From Lama glama (taxonomy: Eukaryota): a stretch of 64,000 nt of DNA. Where the stretch lies: positions 21,082,001 through 21,146,000 of the forward strand of contig CM052817.1 in the NCBI GenBank assembly GCA_028534125.1. Reading direction: 5' to 3'. Position 1 is the stretch's first letter. Every line of letters starts with the position of its first letter. This document shows, piece by piece, positions 24,714 through 37,903 of the stretch. The translations under genes and the position numbers were made by a program. Below the pieces are notes generated by a model, which was not told the origin of the DNA, did not search any database, and was given only the letters and a program-made list of their open reading frames with translations.

Positions 24714-25213
24714 NNNNNNNNNNNNNNNNNNNNNNNNNNNNNNNNNNNNNNNNNNNNNNNNNNNNNNNNNNNNNNNNNNNNNNNNNNNNNNNNNNNNNNN
24801 NNNNNNNNNNNNNNNNNNNNNNNNNNNNNNNNNNNNNNNNNNNNNNNNNNNNNNNNNNNNNNNNNNNNNNNNNNNNNNNNNNNNNNNNNNNNNNNNNNNN
24901 NNNNNNNNNNNNNNNNNNNNNNNNNNNNNNNNNNNNNNNNNNNNNNNNNNNNNNNNNNNNNNNNNNNNNNNNNNNNNNNNNNNNNNNNNNNNNNNNNNNN
25001 NNNNNNNNNNNNNNNNNNNNNNNNNNNNNNNNNNNNNNNNNNNNNNNNNNNNNNNNNNNNNNNNNNNNNNNNNNNNNNNNNNNNNNNNNNNNNNNNNNNN
25101 NNNNNNNNNNNNNNNNNNNNNNNNNNNNNNNNNNNNNNNNNNNNNNNNNNNNNNNNNNNNNNNNNNNNNNNNNNNNNNNNNNNNNNNNNNNNNNNNNNNN
25201 NNNNNNNNNNNNN
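24714..25213. other. assembly gap (500 N)
   Basis: run of N. Confidence 1.
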
Positions 25214-27214
25214 AAAAAAAAACAGAATCTGTTGTGGCCACCTGGGCCAACAGACTAAAGGATTTGCCATCCCCTGTTTTATTCCTGCCCACCTCAGCAC
25301 TTTCAGTCTCGAGGGCATGCTGTTGCTCTTAATCATAAATTGAGAATGAGAAGCAGAATAATTAAAGACCAAACGGTAATTATGAGCAAGATCTAAAGGG
25401 AGCAAAACTAACACTGAGTATAGGCCTTCAGTTTCCTATTAGTGCATTTAGGATTAGCTATAAACAGCCTTGTTAAACCCAATTAAATAGTTCATCTGAA
25501 GGATTTTTCTTATTAGCACAGGCTGAGTGATTTGACTTTTAGTACTATGTCCCTTCTTACTCACAAATATTCTTCCAATGTCCACTTTGTCTTCTAAGTT
25601 TTTTGGTTTTTTTTTTTTTACTTTTCACAGTGCCATATAAGAGCCTTTCTTGAAAGATACTGTTTGGCATGTAAGAGTTTTTGATAATGCTCTTAGAAAT
25701 GTTGTCTGTTCCAAGGACACCTGGAGGTATTTCAAAACATTTTAAAATGTGAAAAAGTAGATTTCCAAGATAATATCATGCAGCTTGGTTTGAGGTGTGA
25801 CAGAATACAGACACAGAGATGCTCAATGAAAATATAATTCCTGGTCAGATGGAGCTGCTTTGTTTAGAATATCTATTGCTTTCTCTAAACCACAACATTG
25901 GCGCCTTTTGTAAGTTCAATGACTATCTGAGATTAATACAATGTCAAATCTGCGGTCTCTGTTATCATTTTTTTTATCTTTTTTTTTTTTTGAGGCCAAG
26001 ATAATAAAATTATTTGAATTGTTTTTTGTTTTTTTCTCCACATATTATACAACTAGAAATAACTCATTTTCAACATTTGCTGAAACAGATTGAGAGACAT
26101 TTTGGCAAATGTGTTATCACATGTTACTATGAAATAGCATTTCAAATCACTCTAAATGGAAATGAAATTTGAAGGCTCCAGAATGCTGTGTGCTACCTCT
26201 GTATACAGACTCAGTGGGTTCTATGCTGGTTTGTTAATAAAAAAATTATGGTAAATACTTTCTGATACTGGAAATATTTTCTTCATTTTATTTGTGCAAC
26301 TAACAGATATTATTTTACTTTAGTTGTCATGTCAAGTTTGTTGAAAATATTCCTCAGTCGTTATGCTTCCAGTGGAGTTATAATGTAAAAGTATTTCTTA
26401 CATAGTATAGATACTTGAAAATGTAACATAGAGATATGCTCTTAAATATTTGAGGTTAAATCATAAAGTTAAAGTAATGTTTCCATATTTGTACAGGAAA
26501 TAAATGGAGTGACTGCAACTACTTGTGAGACAAATTTTAGACTTCTTTCCATTTTCACACATTCTAACTTAGTAGAAATTCAATTATACCATTTCTTGTT
26601 TAATTGACAATTCCATTGTCTACACCTTTGTACATGTTTGTTTTTTAAACAAATGACTAAATAAATGAAAATAAATACACCACATGGTTGTGTATAAGCT
26701 ATCATGAAGTAAGGTGATTGTTAAATTAACAAAGCAGAAAACATTGTTTGATATTAAAAAAGAGTCTTGGTAAGCAATGCATTCTAATTGGCTGAATAAT
26801 TATAATATCAGTTTCTCCAATAATATGGAAATTCCAGCATTCTAAGCCTCCAATTCTATCACTAAAACCATTCCTAATAAAATAGAATATAAAAAGTTCT
26901 CAAACTTGACAAAATGATCTTAAATATTCTTTGTTTTTTTAAGAGGGAAAGATACTGTTAGATTCAGATTTTTATTAACTTACGTACTTACACTTTATGC
27001 ACGATTGCTAGATTTCCCCTATGCTAAAAAGCTCAACCTATCAATTATGTACTAACCTCAATTAAAATGCACAATTAATGCACAGTTATTTTTTAATGAT
27101 GTTAATTGATCTCTGCGGGATTTTATTTTCAAGTTGTAACATAAGCATAGAATAGGTAGATTACTTGTCAATATTAAAACATTGTTTGATTAGCCAAAAA
27201 AAAAAGGAAAAAAA

Positions 27215-27365
27215 AAAACCTCAATGTTCATTAACTGAGATATGATGGAATAAATCATGGTACAACTATGCTATGGAATATCATGTTGTTATCAAAAATT
27301 TTAATAAATAGATTCTTATATATTGGCCTAGAATAAAGATGCACAATTATTACTATCTAAACAAA
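27215..27365 (+). mobile_element. old L1M 3' fragment
   Basis: aacctcaatgttcattaac...gaataaatcatggtacaactatgctatggaatatcatg. Confidence 0.55.
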
Positions 27366-29669
27366 TGAAATTAAGTACTGGAACTGAATGCTCTTGATTA
27401 TTTGCCTGTGACTTAGTAGAGTCTTACCTAAACTCCAGCTAACTCAGTTCATAGGTGATAGAAATTCAAACATAGAGCAAGATTGCAGGAATAAAACAAT
27501 TAAGAAAATATCATTCTTGGACTTACTTATTAGTTTTTTCTTATGTATCTAAATATTGAGTTTGATAGCATTTTCTTGAACTTTGACAGACATTTGTATT
27601 TATGACATATAGCTATCACAGAAAAATAACCCTTTGGGGCACTAGCATGTCACACTATTTCTATACTACATAATATTCAGCTACCATATTTGACTTATTA
27701 GGTACACATTGATTATCTTTAAAAAAATAATAATAATCTGCTTATTGCTAAAACTTCCATATTTTTTGCATACTTAGCACTTGCAGAGTTAGCGCCTAAA
27801 ACACTTTGAATGAATATTTGCAACAAATTGATTATAAAGTAGAGTGTGGGAGTTTTGCAGAGGAAAATTTATCTCAGCCTTATTTTAAATTGCTGGATTT
27901 ATTTTTCTTAAAATTTTATACTACAGCTAATATTTTCCACTCCTGGTTCCAGGACAGAGGTGGTTAGCTTCCAAAGTCATAAATTAATGACATTCAGTAC
28001 TTTCCAATTAGGAAACTGGAGGAAGTATGTGGTTTCATTTTTGTCCATGGGCCACAAAAATTCTAATGTGGGTGATTTCAAAACTCAGATTTTGCCTGTA
28101 GCTATTCTTTAGGGAGGAAAAGTTGTTAATAAATGTTTTAGTGTGAAGATAAATGCTTTTTCTAAAAAATTCATTTTTATTCTCATAAAATCAACACTGA
28201 ACTATTTATATTGTTTGTTATAAAATAATGGAGTATTAGATAGCTGTATCTTAGCAAACAGCCTCCACCACACTTCTGTGTGTTATATTCAAATAATTGA
28301 CCTTAAAAATATTTGTTTTCCCACTTTCATTAAACAGAGACTTATCTTAATTATATATTCTCTTCTATTTGATTTGGAAGAGATGACCTGAGTACTTTTG
28401 GAAATGTAAAATAATGAAGTTAATGGTCTGTTAGAAAAATTTCTGTTTCAGGTTGGATTGTCATTAGATAAAACTTATCCTAAACATTTTATTTCAATTA
28501 AAGAAGATTGAAACTATTTTAGAAAATTGATCCACCATTACTGCAGTTCTAGCCTTTCATTGATTTAATGTCAATGTCCCAAATGGGACTGAAATTCCAT
28601 AAACTAAATGAGAGACACATGTTTCCCTTTGTAAGTTTTTTTCACCAGAAAATATGATGCTGAAAATTCACTCTCAAACTGGGTGAATAGTCATGATAGA
28701 CTTTAGATGAGAATATTTACAATTATATCCCAAAACGGAGACGTCTACCTAATATGAGAGAGAGCAGCAATACACATTCAGATATAGCTATTCAGAAATT
28801 ATTTCTCTAGGGGTCTTCTATCTAGGGCTCTCCTATGCACAGAAAACTGAAAAGAAATCAGCTTTTGCGGCTCATGCCACCTTCAGTTTTGAGTGAGATT
28901 TTCTAATTTATTAAACATTTTAGAAATCAATGAACTGATCACTATTTTATTCACTTAGGGAAACTGAGAGTCACTTATGAGAACACATGAAGACATAAAT
29001 GCCACACACATTAAATTAAAGTATAAAGATTCACAGGTTTAATTAAAAATGACAGCAAAAAAACTGAAATTCCAATAGCACTCTTCATCAACAGTCAAAT
29101 TTCAATGGATGTGTTCTCTTGAATCAAAAGCATTAACGAGCCTTTAAGAATCATAGTTCGTGAAACAATGCCAAATTGATATACTGGCCAAGAAAGCTAT
29201 TATTTAATAAATTAAGGAAATATATACAGCACATGAGAAATTCAAATCCTTCTCCCATTGAAAACTCTCTATATTGGGATTGTTAATTAAGTGAGGCGAC
29301 ACTTTCCTCCAGCATTATCTCTAACCTCTCTTATGTGATATTCATTATTCATAGTTTTGGTCTTGACTTGTGGATAATTATGGTCGAAGTCCTAATTCTG
29401 AAGTGTTTATTAATCACTTCATTCTTCCTCTTATTAGCTGTACTTTACATAAGAGACCACTGAGTGCCAATTCATTTTGCACCGAAAGGTCAGTTTTATC
29501 TAAAAGTAACAAACTTTATTTTGTTTGATTTTTCTAGTAAGAAGAATGGAAGACCTTCTAAAATTATTATTGTAAGATAATTCATATGCTTTCCAGGAAT
29601 TTCTCTGGCTACCAGACTGAATCTTTTTAGAGATAATGTTGTGGTAACAAAAGTAAGTATGTACTGTTG

Positions 29670-30166
29670 TGGGACAAGGCAGACGGGGACTGTGGGCAGT
29701 AAAAGAATTTATTAGAAACAAAGAAAAATGACAGAAAGTTTTATTAGATATGCTGCTCAAGGCAACAGTGAGCAGACAGACTAGAGATGTCTGTGTGCCC
29801 TAAGGGCAGAATCTTAAGAGTTTTTTATAAGGAAGGACGAGACCATTTATGTGCTGTGCTCTACGGAAGGGGGTCTTGTTGAAGGCTTCCAGACATTAAT
29901 TGATCTTAAGGGCTTAAGTTTGTTATGCCTGGGAAAGAAACAGTTTATCTTTAGGAGGAGGTAGGTGATCTGTATGCTTGAGGAATTTGGAGGAAGGGGC
30001 TTTGTTGGGTCATAACTCAGGGTTGTTAGTTGGGCTAAAACAATTACATGTTGGGAGAGGAATGTTCTTTGTGTTTTCTGGTTTATGTCTTCCTGACATG
30101 AGTGATTATAGTGCAGGCAGATATCTTATGACTGGAGTCCCATTTGGCTCTCTGTGGGGTCCCTCA
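29670..30166 (-). mobile_element. solo LTR, probably ERV1 class
   Basis: minus strand TGAGGGAC...GTCCCA termini; TATAAAA (~29825) followed by two AATAAA (~29740, ~29710); flanks gttg/cttg. Confidence 0.7.
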
Positions 30167-30194
30167 CTTGTCCTTGAACCCCACTCGTACTTTC

Positions 30195-30555
30195 ATATGG
30201 GCAGAATGATATCCCCCTCAAATTCATATACTGAAGCCTTCATCCCCAGTGCACCTGTATTAGGGGATAGGGATCATAGGAGGTAATTAACATTAAACAA
30301 GGTCTTAGGGTGGGGTGGCCTTCTAAGAATAGAAAGAGAAATCTCTTTCTTCACATGCCTGCCCTGAGGAAGGGCAATGTCAGCACACAGCAAGAAAGCA
30401 GTTGTCTGCAAAGCAAGGAGAGAGCTCTCACCAGAAACTGAATCAGCTGGCACCTTAATCTTGGATGCCCCAGCCTCTAGAACTATTAAGAAATAAATGT
30501 CTGCTCCTTAAGCCACACAGTATAATAGTTTGTTATGGAAGCCCAAGCTGAGACA
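30195..30555 (+). mobile_element. MLT1A-like MaLR solo LTR
   Basis: caaattcatatactgaagcc...gctggcaccttaatcttgga...ccagcctctagaacta..aagaaataaatgtctg..ttaagccac. Confidence 0.85.
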
Positions 30556-30664
30556 TGCTTATATTTCATATTATTAAACAAATCATTTAAAAAAATTTTA
30601 TATTTAGTTTCTTCCTTCTTTCCAACAGAAACCAAAATGCTTCCTCTTACTAACCCTCAAACCC

Positions 30665-30750
30665 TGGAACATACAGATCAGTGCTGGAATCCTAACTCTG
30701 CTACTCACCGGCTCTGTGGTTTAGGTGATTTATTTAATTTATGCGAATTG
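30665..30750 (+). mobile_element. MIR fragment
   Basis: ggaatcctaactctgctactcacc..ctgtggtttaggtgatttatttaa. Confidence 0.55.
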
Positions 30751-32694
30751 ACAAGAAGTATTGTTATTAATACAAACTAAGAAAAAATATGCTCTAGATT
30801 GTTATTTATGATCCTTGTTTGTAATCTTTGATTGTTCGGGCTCACATAGTTACCAGATGCAGCATAATGCATACCTTTTTTTCCATCACATCAAAATTGT
30901 AGATTTTTAATACTGATGTTTGTTTTAAGTGGGCATTAGAACTACCGGTATGTTTTAAATGATGTTTACTTTATCAACTGTGCTTATAAATATAATTAAT
31001 TATGAGTTTAAGTTTTGAGTTACTTACTTAAATCTCAAAAATATATCTAAAAGTAAATCTTACATGTGTTTATATTTTTAAGTATGACATAAACTTTTAT
31101 AACATGTTTCTAAAGATTTTGCTTCAGGGAACATCTTTATATTGAAAATAAATTTTCCATCTAAATAGATTTTTTTTGTATATTCACAATATGAGAGCAA
31201 ACTACATAAATTCAACTAAATAGGAATTTTAAGGACTTTGCGTAAGTATCAAACATCTGTTATAATTATTAAAATATTTTATTTTCTAATCTCTCCAACA
31301 ATCTGGATTCTGATCTCCTTGGAAAATTATTTCATATCACTACTTTGGTTAAGCCTTCTAATCTAAAGCTTTTTCTATTTTCTTTAGGAATACTTATACT
31401 TTGTTATAAAAATGCTTCCATATGATCGTGGACCCAACTGAATTAACTGCAGTCTTTAAATGATTGCATTCTGTGCTGGTTCATAAATCATAAGTGCTGG
31501 AAAACACTTACAGGGTTAAGCTTTCAATTTCGGCTAACATTCTTAAATTTTACCATACCAAACTCGGATTAATTAAGAATATAAATATCTAATCATTTTA
31601 GGTCCTTTTCTTTTTCTTTGAGTATCATTGTTCTCATCATCTATTGAAGTCAAATTTTCAACTCCATCGCATTCTTTGTGGTATATATGATAACCCAGAG
31701 TTTTACAAAATAATAGGGGATTTTTGCATACAGTGTATAATCTGACCATAATAAGAACACTTTTATGAAGTAGTTGAGGTTTCAATACATAACCCATATC
31801 AGAAGCATTCAGGGATATTCTTAGAACAGTAGTTGATTTTCAAGTGGGAATTCAAGTCAAGACTTTCTATCCTTGAACTCAGAGACAGGTAATAGCGAAA
31901 GAATGTCATACAAGACCACACAGATGCTAAAAATGTTACTAGATATTAGCTAGAGAAATATGGAAAATACATTGAGCATGTAAAGTAACCATTCATTCTA
32001 TCTAGTTTCTAATGCTATTTGGAAAATATGCAAGTTTTGGAACTATGACTTGGTTTCACTGAACTGCAAAATGATCATAAAACTATCTGACTTTATTGAG
32101 AGCCTACTGTGAACAAGGGCATTTGATTAGGTCTGAGGGAGTGCGAGTGATATGCAAAAATACACGAACTATGTTTTTTGCCTTAAGGATTGTCAAGGTG
32201 AAACAAAAAAACCGTAAAATTGCACAAATAGATTGGATCAGCTGGTGCACTTCAGAGAGAACCTGAACCTGGGTAACTCCCGGAGCCAACGGAGCTAAGC
32301 AGGACTGGAACTGTATGCTGTGAGGGAAGAGAAGGCTGTGTGAATTGGGGCCTTTCCCAGGTTGCTATTTTTTTTATCTCTAACTGCTGCAAAACTTGTG
32401 CTTGGTACAGTTGGGAGATTATTTGTTTCTCATATCTCTTACTCAGAATCTTTGTACAATCTTATTTTGGCAGCTATCAGAATAGTTTCTTTGAGAACCA
32501 TCTTTCTAAGACTTGTTGGTTGTCAGTAAACTACCTGATGTCAGTAGAGTTTCAGGCAAGTGGGATTAGAAGCAAAAAAAAGGGGGGGGAAAGAAGAGAA
32601 ACAAAAGAAAAAAAAGGAAAAGAAAGGAGTCAAGGGATGAAGCTAGGAAAGTTGGGATCTGTTTTAACTCTTTCATAGAAGATTATGAGTTAAA

Positions 32695-32860
32695 AAATGA
32701 AGGGGTTAAATCCTGTGCACTCTACTTACTTTATCTCTGAACCCAAGCAAAAATGTTAAGATTCTTGATCATCAATATCATCATCTGTGAAGCAAAAATA
32801 AAAGTTATTGTTAAATTCTTCTAACATAATATATTTGAAAGTGTTCTGTAAACCATCTTT
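32695..32860 (+). mobile_element. MIR SINE
   Basis: ggttaaatcctgtgcactctacttact...tcatctgtgaa...taatatatttgaaagtgttctgtaaac. Confidence 0.6.
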
Positions 32861-33564
32861 TGTATAATGATAAATAGAAATAAGGGTATATTATTGTCAT
32901 TGTCATTCAGACATTTCAAACTATAGGTTTAAGAGAAAAAAAAAGTCTTTATAAAAATTGTGATAGAAAACTGAATGATCAAAACAACTGTTGCATTGTT
33001 TTATGCATATGAATTTTCCAAAAGACTTAATTCAGTTCTGATGGTGAATAGTTAAGGTGGTTGGAGATAATAATCTATTGGAAAGTTAATAGTCTGCTTC
33101 AAAGAAGATCAATGGCACAGCAAATGCTAAGCTTAGTTTTAAAGTAAGTAATACAGAAGAGATCCAGGTTGTCATCTATGGCTAAGAAATTCCTGAGAGA
33201 GGAAGGAAATCCATTGATAACAAAGGAGGAATTATTAAAATTGCTTTGCAGTACTTCACTATACTGTTGTGACATCAATCTTATTTTAGCACCATTTTAT
33301 CATTTATAAAAGCCTGACTTTTTAAGAAATCTTACTTGAAATTTCTATCTATCTTGTATTGTAGGTGGATCAGGTAACAGGGTCATTATTTTGAAGTGGA
33401 GAAAAATGACAACTATTCAAAAACTTCTTCCAAACTTATTTATCCAGTCTCTCCTGATAGTGGAAAAACTATTCACTCTAACACTTAGCCCAGCATTTTT
33501 TTTTTTCACTATTCGAATTACAGGCTAGGTAGGTACAGCTAATACAGTAGATGTGGTTTTCTTT

Positions 33565-34085
33565 TTATTTATGTAACAATCATTGTAACTATTTCATGTC
33601 AGATATCACACTACACACTGGATGCAGAGGTGAATGAAGACCACATGGTGATTATGCTCATAAAGCTTACATTCCAGTGGAAGGGAACCGACAGTAAACA
33701 GATTAAAAAATTAAACAGTCCTCTAAAGTATAAGGAAGGGAATGTTGTGATAGCTAAAGTCAGAATGAACTGATTGTGATGGGATTATAAGAGAAAACCT
33801 GTCTGAGTTGATAAATTCACGCTGGACTTGAACAATACCAAAGAAACAGTGATGTTGAGTCAAGATATTTGAGAACAGAGAACATAAGCTGTGCAAAGGA
33901 ATTAATATGGAAAAAATACACAAATGGTGGCCAATTTTCAGAGACATACAGTGACCGATGTGGCTAGAGAAACTGAGCGATGGTTAGGTAACTAGAGATG
34001 GAAAAGGGGAAGCAAACAAGGAACAGGTCCTAAAGGATCATGTATAGATTTCAGGAGGTAAGAATTTGAATTTATTTTAATGTAT
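33565..34085 (-). mobile_element. LINE-2 fragment
   Basis: gctcataaagcttacattccagtggaaggg..acagtaaaca...ggtaagaatttgaatttatt. Confidence 0.7.
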
Positions 34086-34124
34086 TGGTAACAAATTAAA
34101 ATTTTCTTTATTATATATATATTT

Positions 34125-34335
34125 ATTTTTAAAAACAGTTTTCTTGTGATACAACTCACATAACATGAAACTGCTTAAAGAGTACAATTCAATGTTTTTT
34201 ATTTTATTCATGAGTTATAAAAGTATCAAAGTAATTTAATTTTACAATATGTTCATTACCTCAAAAAGAAACCCTGTACCTATTAGCAGTCATCCTCCTC
34301 TAAATCACTTCCCTGAAACATAGACAATCACTAAT
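34125..34335 (-). mobile_element. old L1M 3' end
   Basis: ttaaagagtacaattcaatgtttttt...ttcattacctcaaaaagaaaccctgtacctattagcagtca. Confidence 0.8.
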
Positions 34336-36029
34336 GACATTCAAAATTTGAATAATAAAGATGATTAAGGAATGACCTCTGAAATAAAGAGAACTAAGAA
34401 AATTTGTCAGGAATAAGACAATAACTATCTGCATCAATTGTGGTTAAATGACTGAGTTAGGTGTATAAATAAGTATGTTCATCATATTTGGGAGCATTGA
34501 GCCTATAGGTCATTTTGGAAATAGCATGAAATGGAAATTGTGGGTAAGGGACCAAGATCATATGTTAAAGAATTAACTAAGATACTAGAGAAATACAAGC
34601 AAACAGCTGCTTGAATAAGTTTGTCTACAAACAGGAAGTAGAAAACAGAGAAATAACTGGTAGGAAGTGAATTATCCATGTTATGGTTGGTTTTGTGTAT
34701 TCAATATGTCTGTATATATAATTCATAAAGTAATAAAAATACCAGATTTTTTTTCTCTACTCCCCTGTACTTAAATATTATTCAGGGAATTAGCTTTCCT
34801 TGTTTTTTGCATGACAACTTTATCTAGACCCAAGACTTTACTGTTTGCTCTTAAGAAATACACTGTCCTAAAGATAGTTTTAGAAACAAGCACAAGTCTT
34901 GATTCAGAAAATAGAATGTCTAGTTCCATGTTATAAACAAAATTCCAAATTCCTCAAACCTACAGCTGGGCAGAGAAGAATGGAGGCAGGACAGTTCTTA
35001 CTTAAATAGGAAATTCCCTAAGCTGTCTTTGCTGTTTTGGAATCTAACAGTTGCTTATATGTATAACCCTTTCTCCCCAGGCAGCTTCTGCAAGCTTCTG
35101 CCTTACCCTGGCTCTACCAAGGGCTCCTGCCTAACTTTCTCTACTACAATTGTCTTGAACTTACATGGAAAAATTTCTATTCCAAGTGATGATTCACGAA
35201 TCCTTCTTTAGCCCTGTGCATCTAATGGTACATCTCTGGCCTCTTTCTGTTCATATTTCCTTGCCCCTTTAGGTCACAAGATGGCAATACACACTGTCTT
35301 TCTATAAGGCAAAAGACCTGCATCTGGCCCATGGGTACACAGATGCATGTTTAGTTTACTCAAAGTCTGAGACAACACTCTGTTCTCTCTGCTATTCTCT
35401 GTTCATAGTCACGGAAGCAGTAAGGCACCATTTCCTACTCTGTATTTCAGTGGTGGGATTCAGACCTTCAGCCACAGCTCACTTTACTTTTCACCGGTGC
35501 AAGCAAGACTCCAATTCTCGGTTTCTCTCATCAAAAGAGAACTGTTTTAAAACTTGCTAGGTGCCCTTCATGAAACCCTCTTTCAGTAGATTTGACATTA
35601 GACCGTAGCATAATCATTTCTTTTCCCCAAAGGGTAGGGGGAGACTCAGAGCACAAGAACTGCTTTCTCTCTTCTTTCCTTTCTGACCCCGTGGTACACC
35701 ACCCATCTGAGTTGTCAGCACATTGTGGAAGAAATTCTTTACATTCTTGTTTCAATTCTTCTTATAAAAAAGGGGTTTTATCCCACACTCCCTTTAGAAT
35801 CCTATTGTATAAGATACTGACACTTCAGTTGATGGAGGTCAGAAGAATCCCATTCCAACAGTGTCCATTTGTTTCCAGGATGGGAGCTTATAAATAACTA
35901 GAGGAATTATTTATCCCAGATAAATTGCTGTAGCTATGATCTTGCAGTTGGGATATTAAAAGTAAATATAGAGAATAATGTTTAATCTAAATATTGTTGA
36001 AGGGAAAAATGCAAGCCAAAATAAATATG

Positions 36030-36555
36030 GAAGAGGACTCAGTGCAGGAAATAAAAGCCACTCTAAGCATCTTAAGCAAGAAGAATTTTAATACAGGAAT
36101 TAGGTGCCTCTGAGAAAACAGAAAGGGCTGAAGAATGAATTCTAGATTGATAACTTGGAATTATTTCCAGAACATTCTAAAATTGATGCATTATGGGTGA
36201 TGCTCTGTTTGAAGTCAATTCTAGAGTTAGGTCAGGAACAAGAAATTATTGCCAGTACAATTGTCAGAAAATTGGATAATGGTCTTTAAAGTTCTTAGCA
36301 GGAATATATAGATTATATAATTCTTGTTAAGAATTCAGGAATACGTAGAATAAATACTAGAAGAATAAATACTCCAAGAAGACCCACCATATGTGTGAAT
36401 TTTCAAACAAGAAGAAAACAACCAAAGCCTGTAGGAAGAGAGCCACCACCACACGTCTACCTTCAAGATCTCACATGACATTGAATTAGTATCATGTATC
36501 TAATAGCTAGAAACCAATTACAAGGGGTTCTGGGAAACATAGTTTTGCAGATGAA
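36030..36555 (-). mobile_element. old LTR (LTR78/MLT-like)
   Basis: tcagtgcaggaaataaaagccactctaag...tttaatacaggaatt ... caaggggttctgggaaacatagtttt. Confidence 0.5.
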
Positions 36556-36632
36556 ATTAAATAAATTGAAAGGCAAATTTAAGGATTTATTTGAGAAGCA
36601 AGCTTTTTTTTGGTCTTCTTTTGTTTTATTTG

Positions 36633-37037
36633 TGCTATGGTTAAGTGGTGTCCCTCTAAAATTCATATGTTGAAGGGCCAACCCCTAGTACTTTAGAATG
36701 TAAGCAGGTTGGAGATAAGGTCTATAAAGGTGTGGTTAAGTTAAAAAGAAGCCCTTAGGGTGGGACGCTAATTCAACATGACTGATGTCCGTACAAGAAG
36801 AAGAAGAGATACCAGGGACATGTATGTACAGAGGGTTGACCATATGAAGAGGCAGCAAGAGAGCAGCCATTTGCAAGACAAGGAGAGAGACCTTGGAAAC
36901 CAACCCTGCTGGCATCTTGATCTTTGACTTCAGCTTCCAGAACTGTGAAAAAAAAGAAATGTATGCAATTTAAGCCACATAGACCATAGCATTTTGTTAT
37001 AGCACACCCCACCCCCCCACCTTAGCAAACTCATACA
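36633..37037 (+). mobile_element. MLT1B-like MaLR solo LTR
   Basis: tgctatgg...aaattcatatgttgaag...caaccctgctggcatcttgatctttgacttcagcttccagaactgtga...agcaaactcataca. Confidence 0.88.
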
Positions 37038-37803
37038 GTCTGTTGAGTTGTTTTGGTTGGGTGTTTCACTGTATAAGACACTCATCAAAGTTGTAAATGT
37101 CACAAACAGACTTGCTATCTGAAGCAAATGCTTCATCAGACAGGAAATTTTATCTATCCTGTGTAGTACCGATAAATATGCATCCTTCTAGAATATGGGT
37201 CTCTGGGTTTTCAGGTTGAGGCAACTGTACCAAAAATAATTAGGTATACTTGGTAAACCTTTGCACAAGTAATTCTCCCTGGCTATGTCCAACATACATT
37301 CTGCAGTGAATTCAGAAGTAAAAACTTTAATTTCAGTGATTTGATTGCAATGCAGATTTCACATTCATTTTTAAGTTTTCTGAGGTGTATAAGAATGGAA
37401 AGTAGAAATATTAATACATAATACAGGTATTGTAATATATTTAGCTATGTGTGTAACTATATAGCTCAACTTGATTTTCAGGCATATTGTGTATAGTTTT
37501 GTGTTAAAACATAGTAACCTCAACTGGTAGGTATTGCTATATGGGAAAGAATCAGTTACAATAATGGAATATTCCTTGTGAGTAATTCCCTTATCTGATT
37601 GTCATTTGCTTGGGTGTGCTGAATTTCACTTTCTTTTATTGGATTCATAGTCAGAGTAGTTAATTATTTATAATTTTCCCCTAAAAAATTGTGATTAAGT
37701 CATTTTATCTAACTCCATTCCTAAAGAGGCCAATATACAATTAATTGTGTTCAGTGATGGATAAATCCATTTTGTTTTCCTTTGAGCCCTATTAACTCAG
37801 TGG

Positions 37804-37903
37804 NNNNNNNNNNNNNNNNNNNNNNNNNNNNNNNNNNNNNNNNNNNNNNNNNNNNNNNNNNNNNNNNNNNNNNNNNNNNNNNNNNNNNNNNNNNNNNNNN
37901 NNN
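37804..37903. other. assembly gap (100 N)
   Basis: run of N. Confidence 1.
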
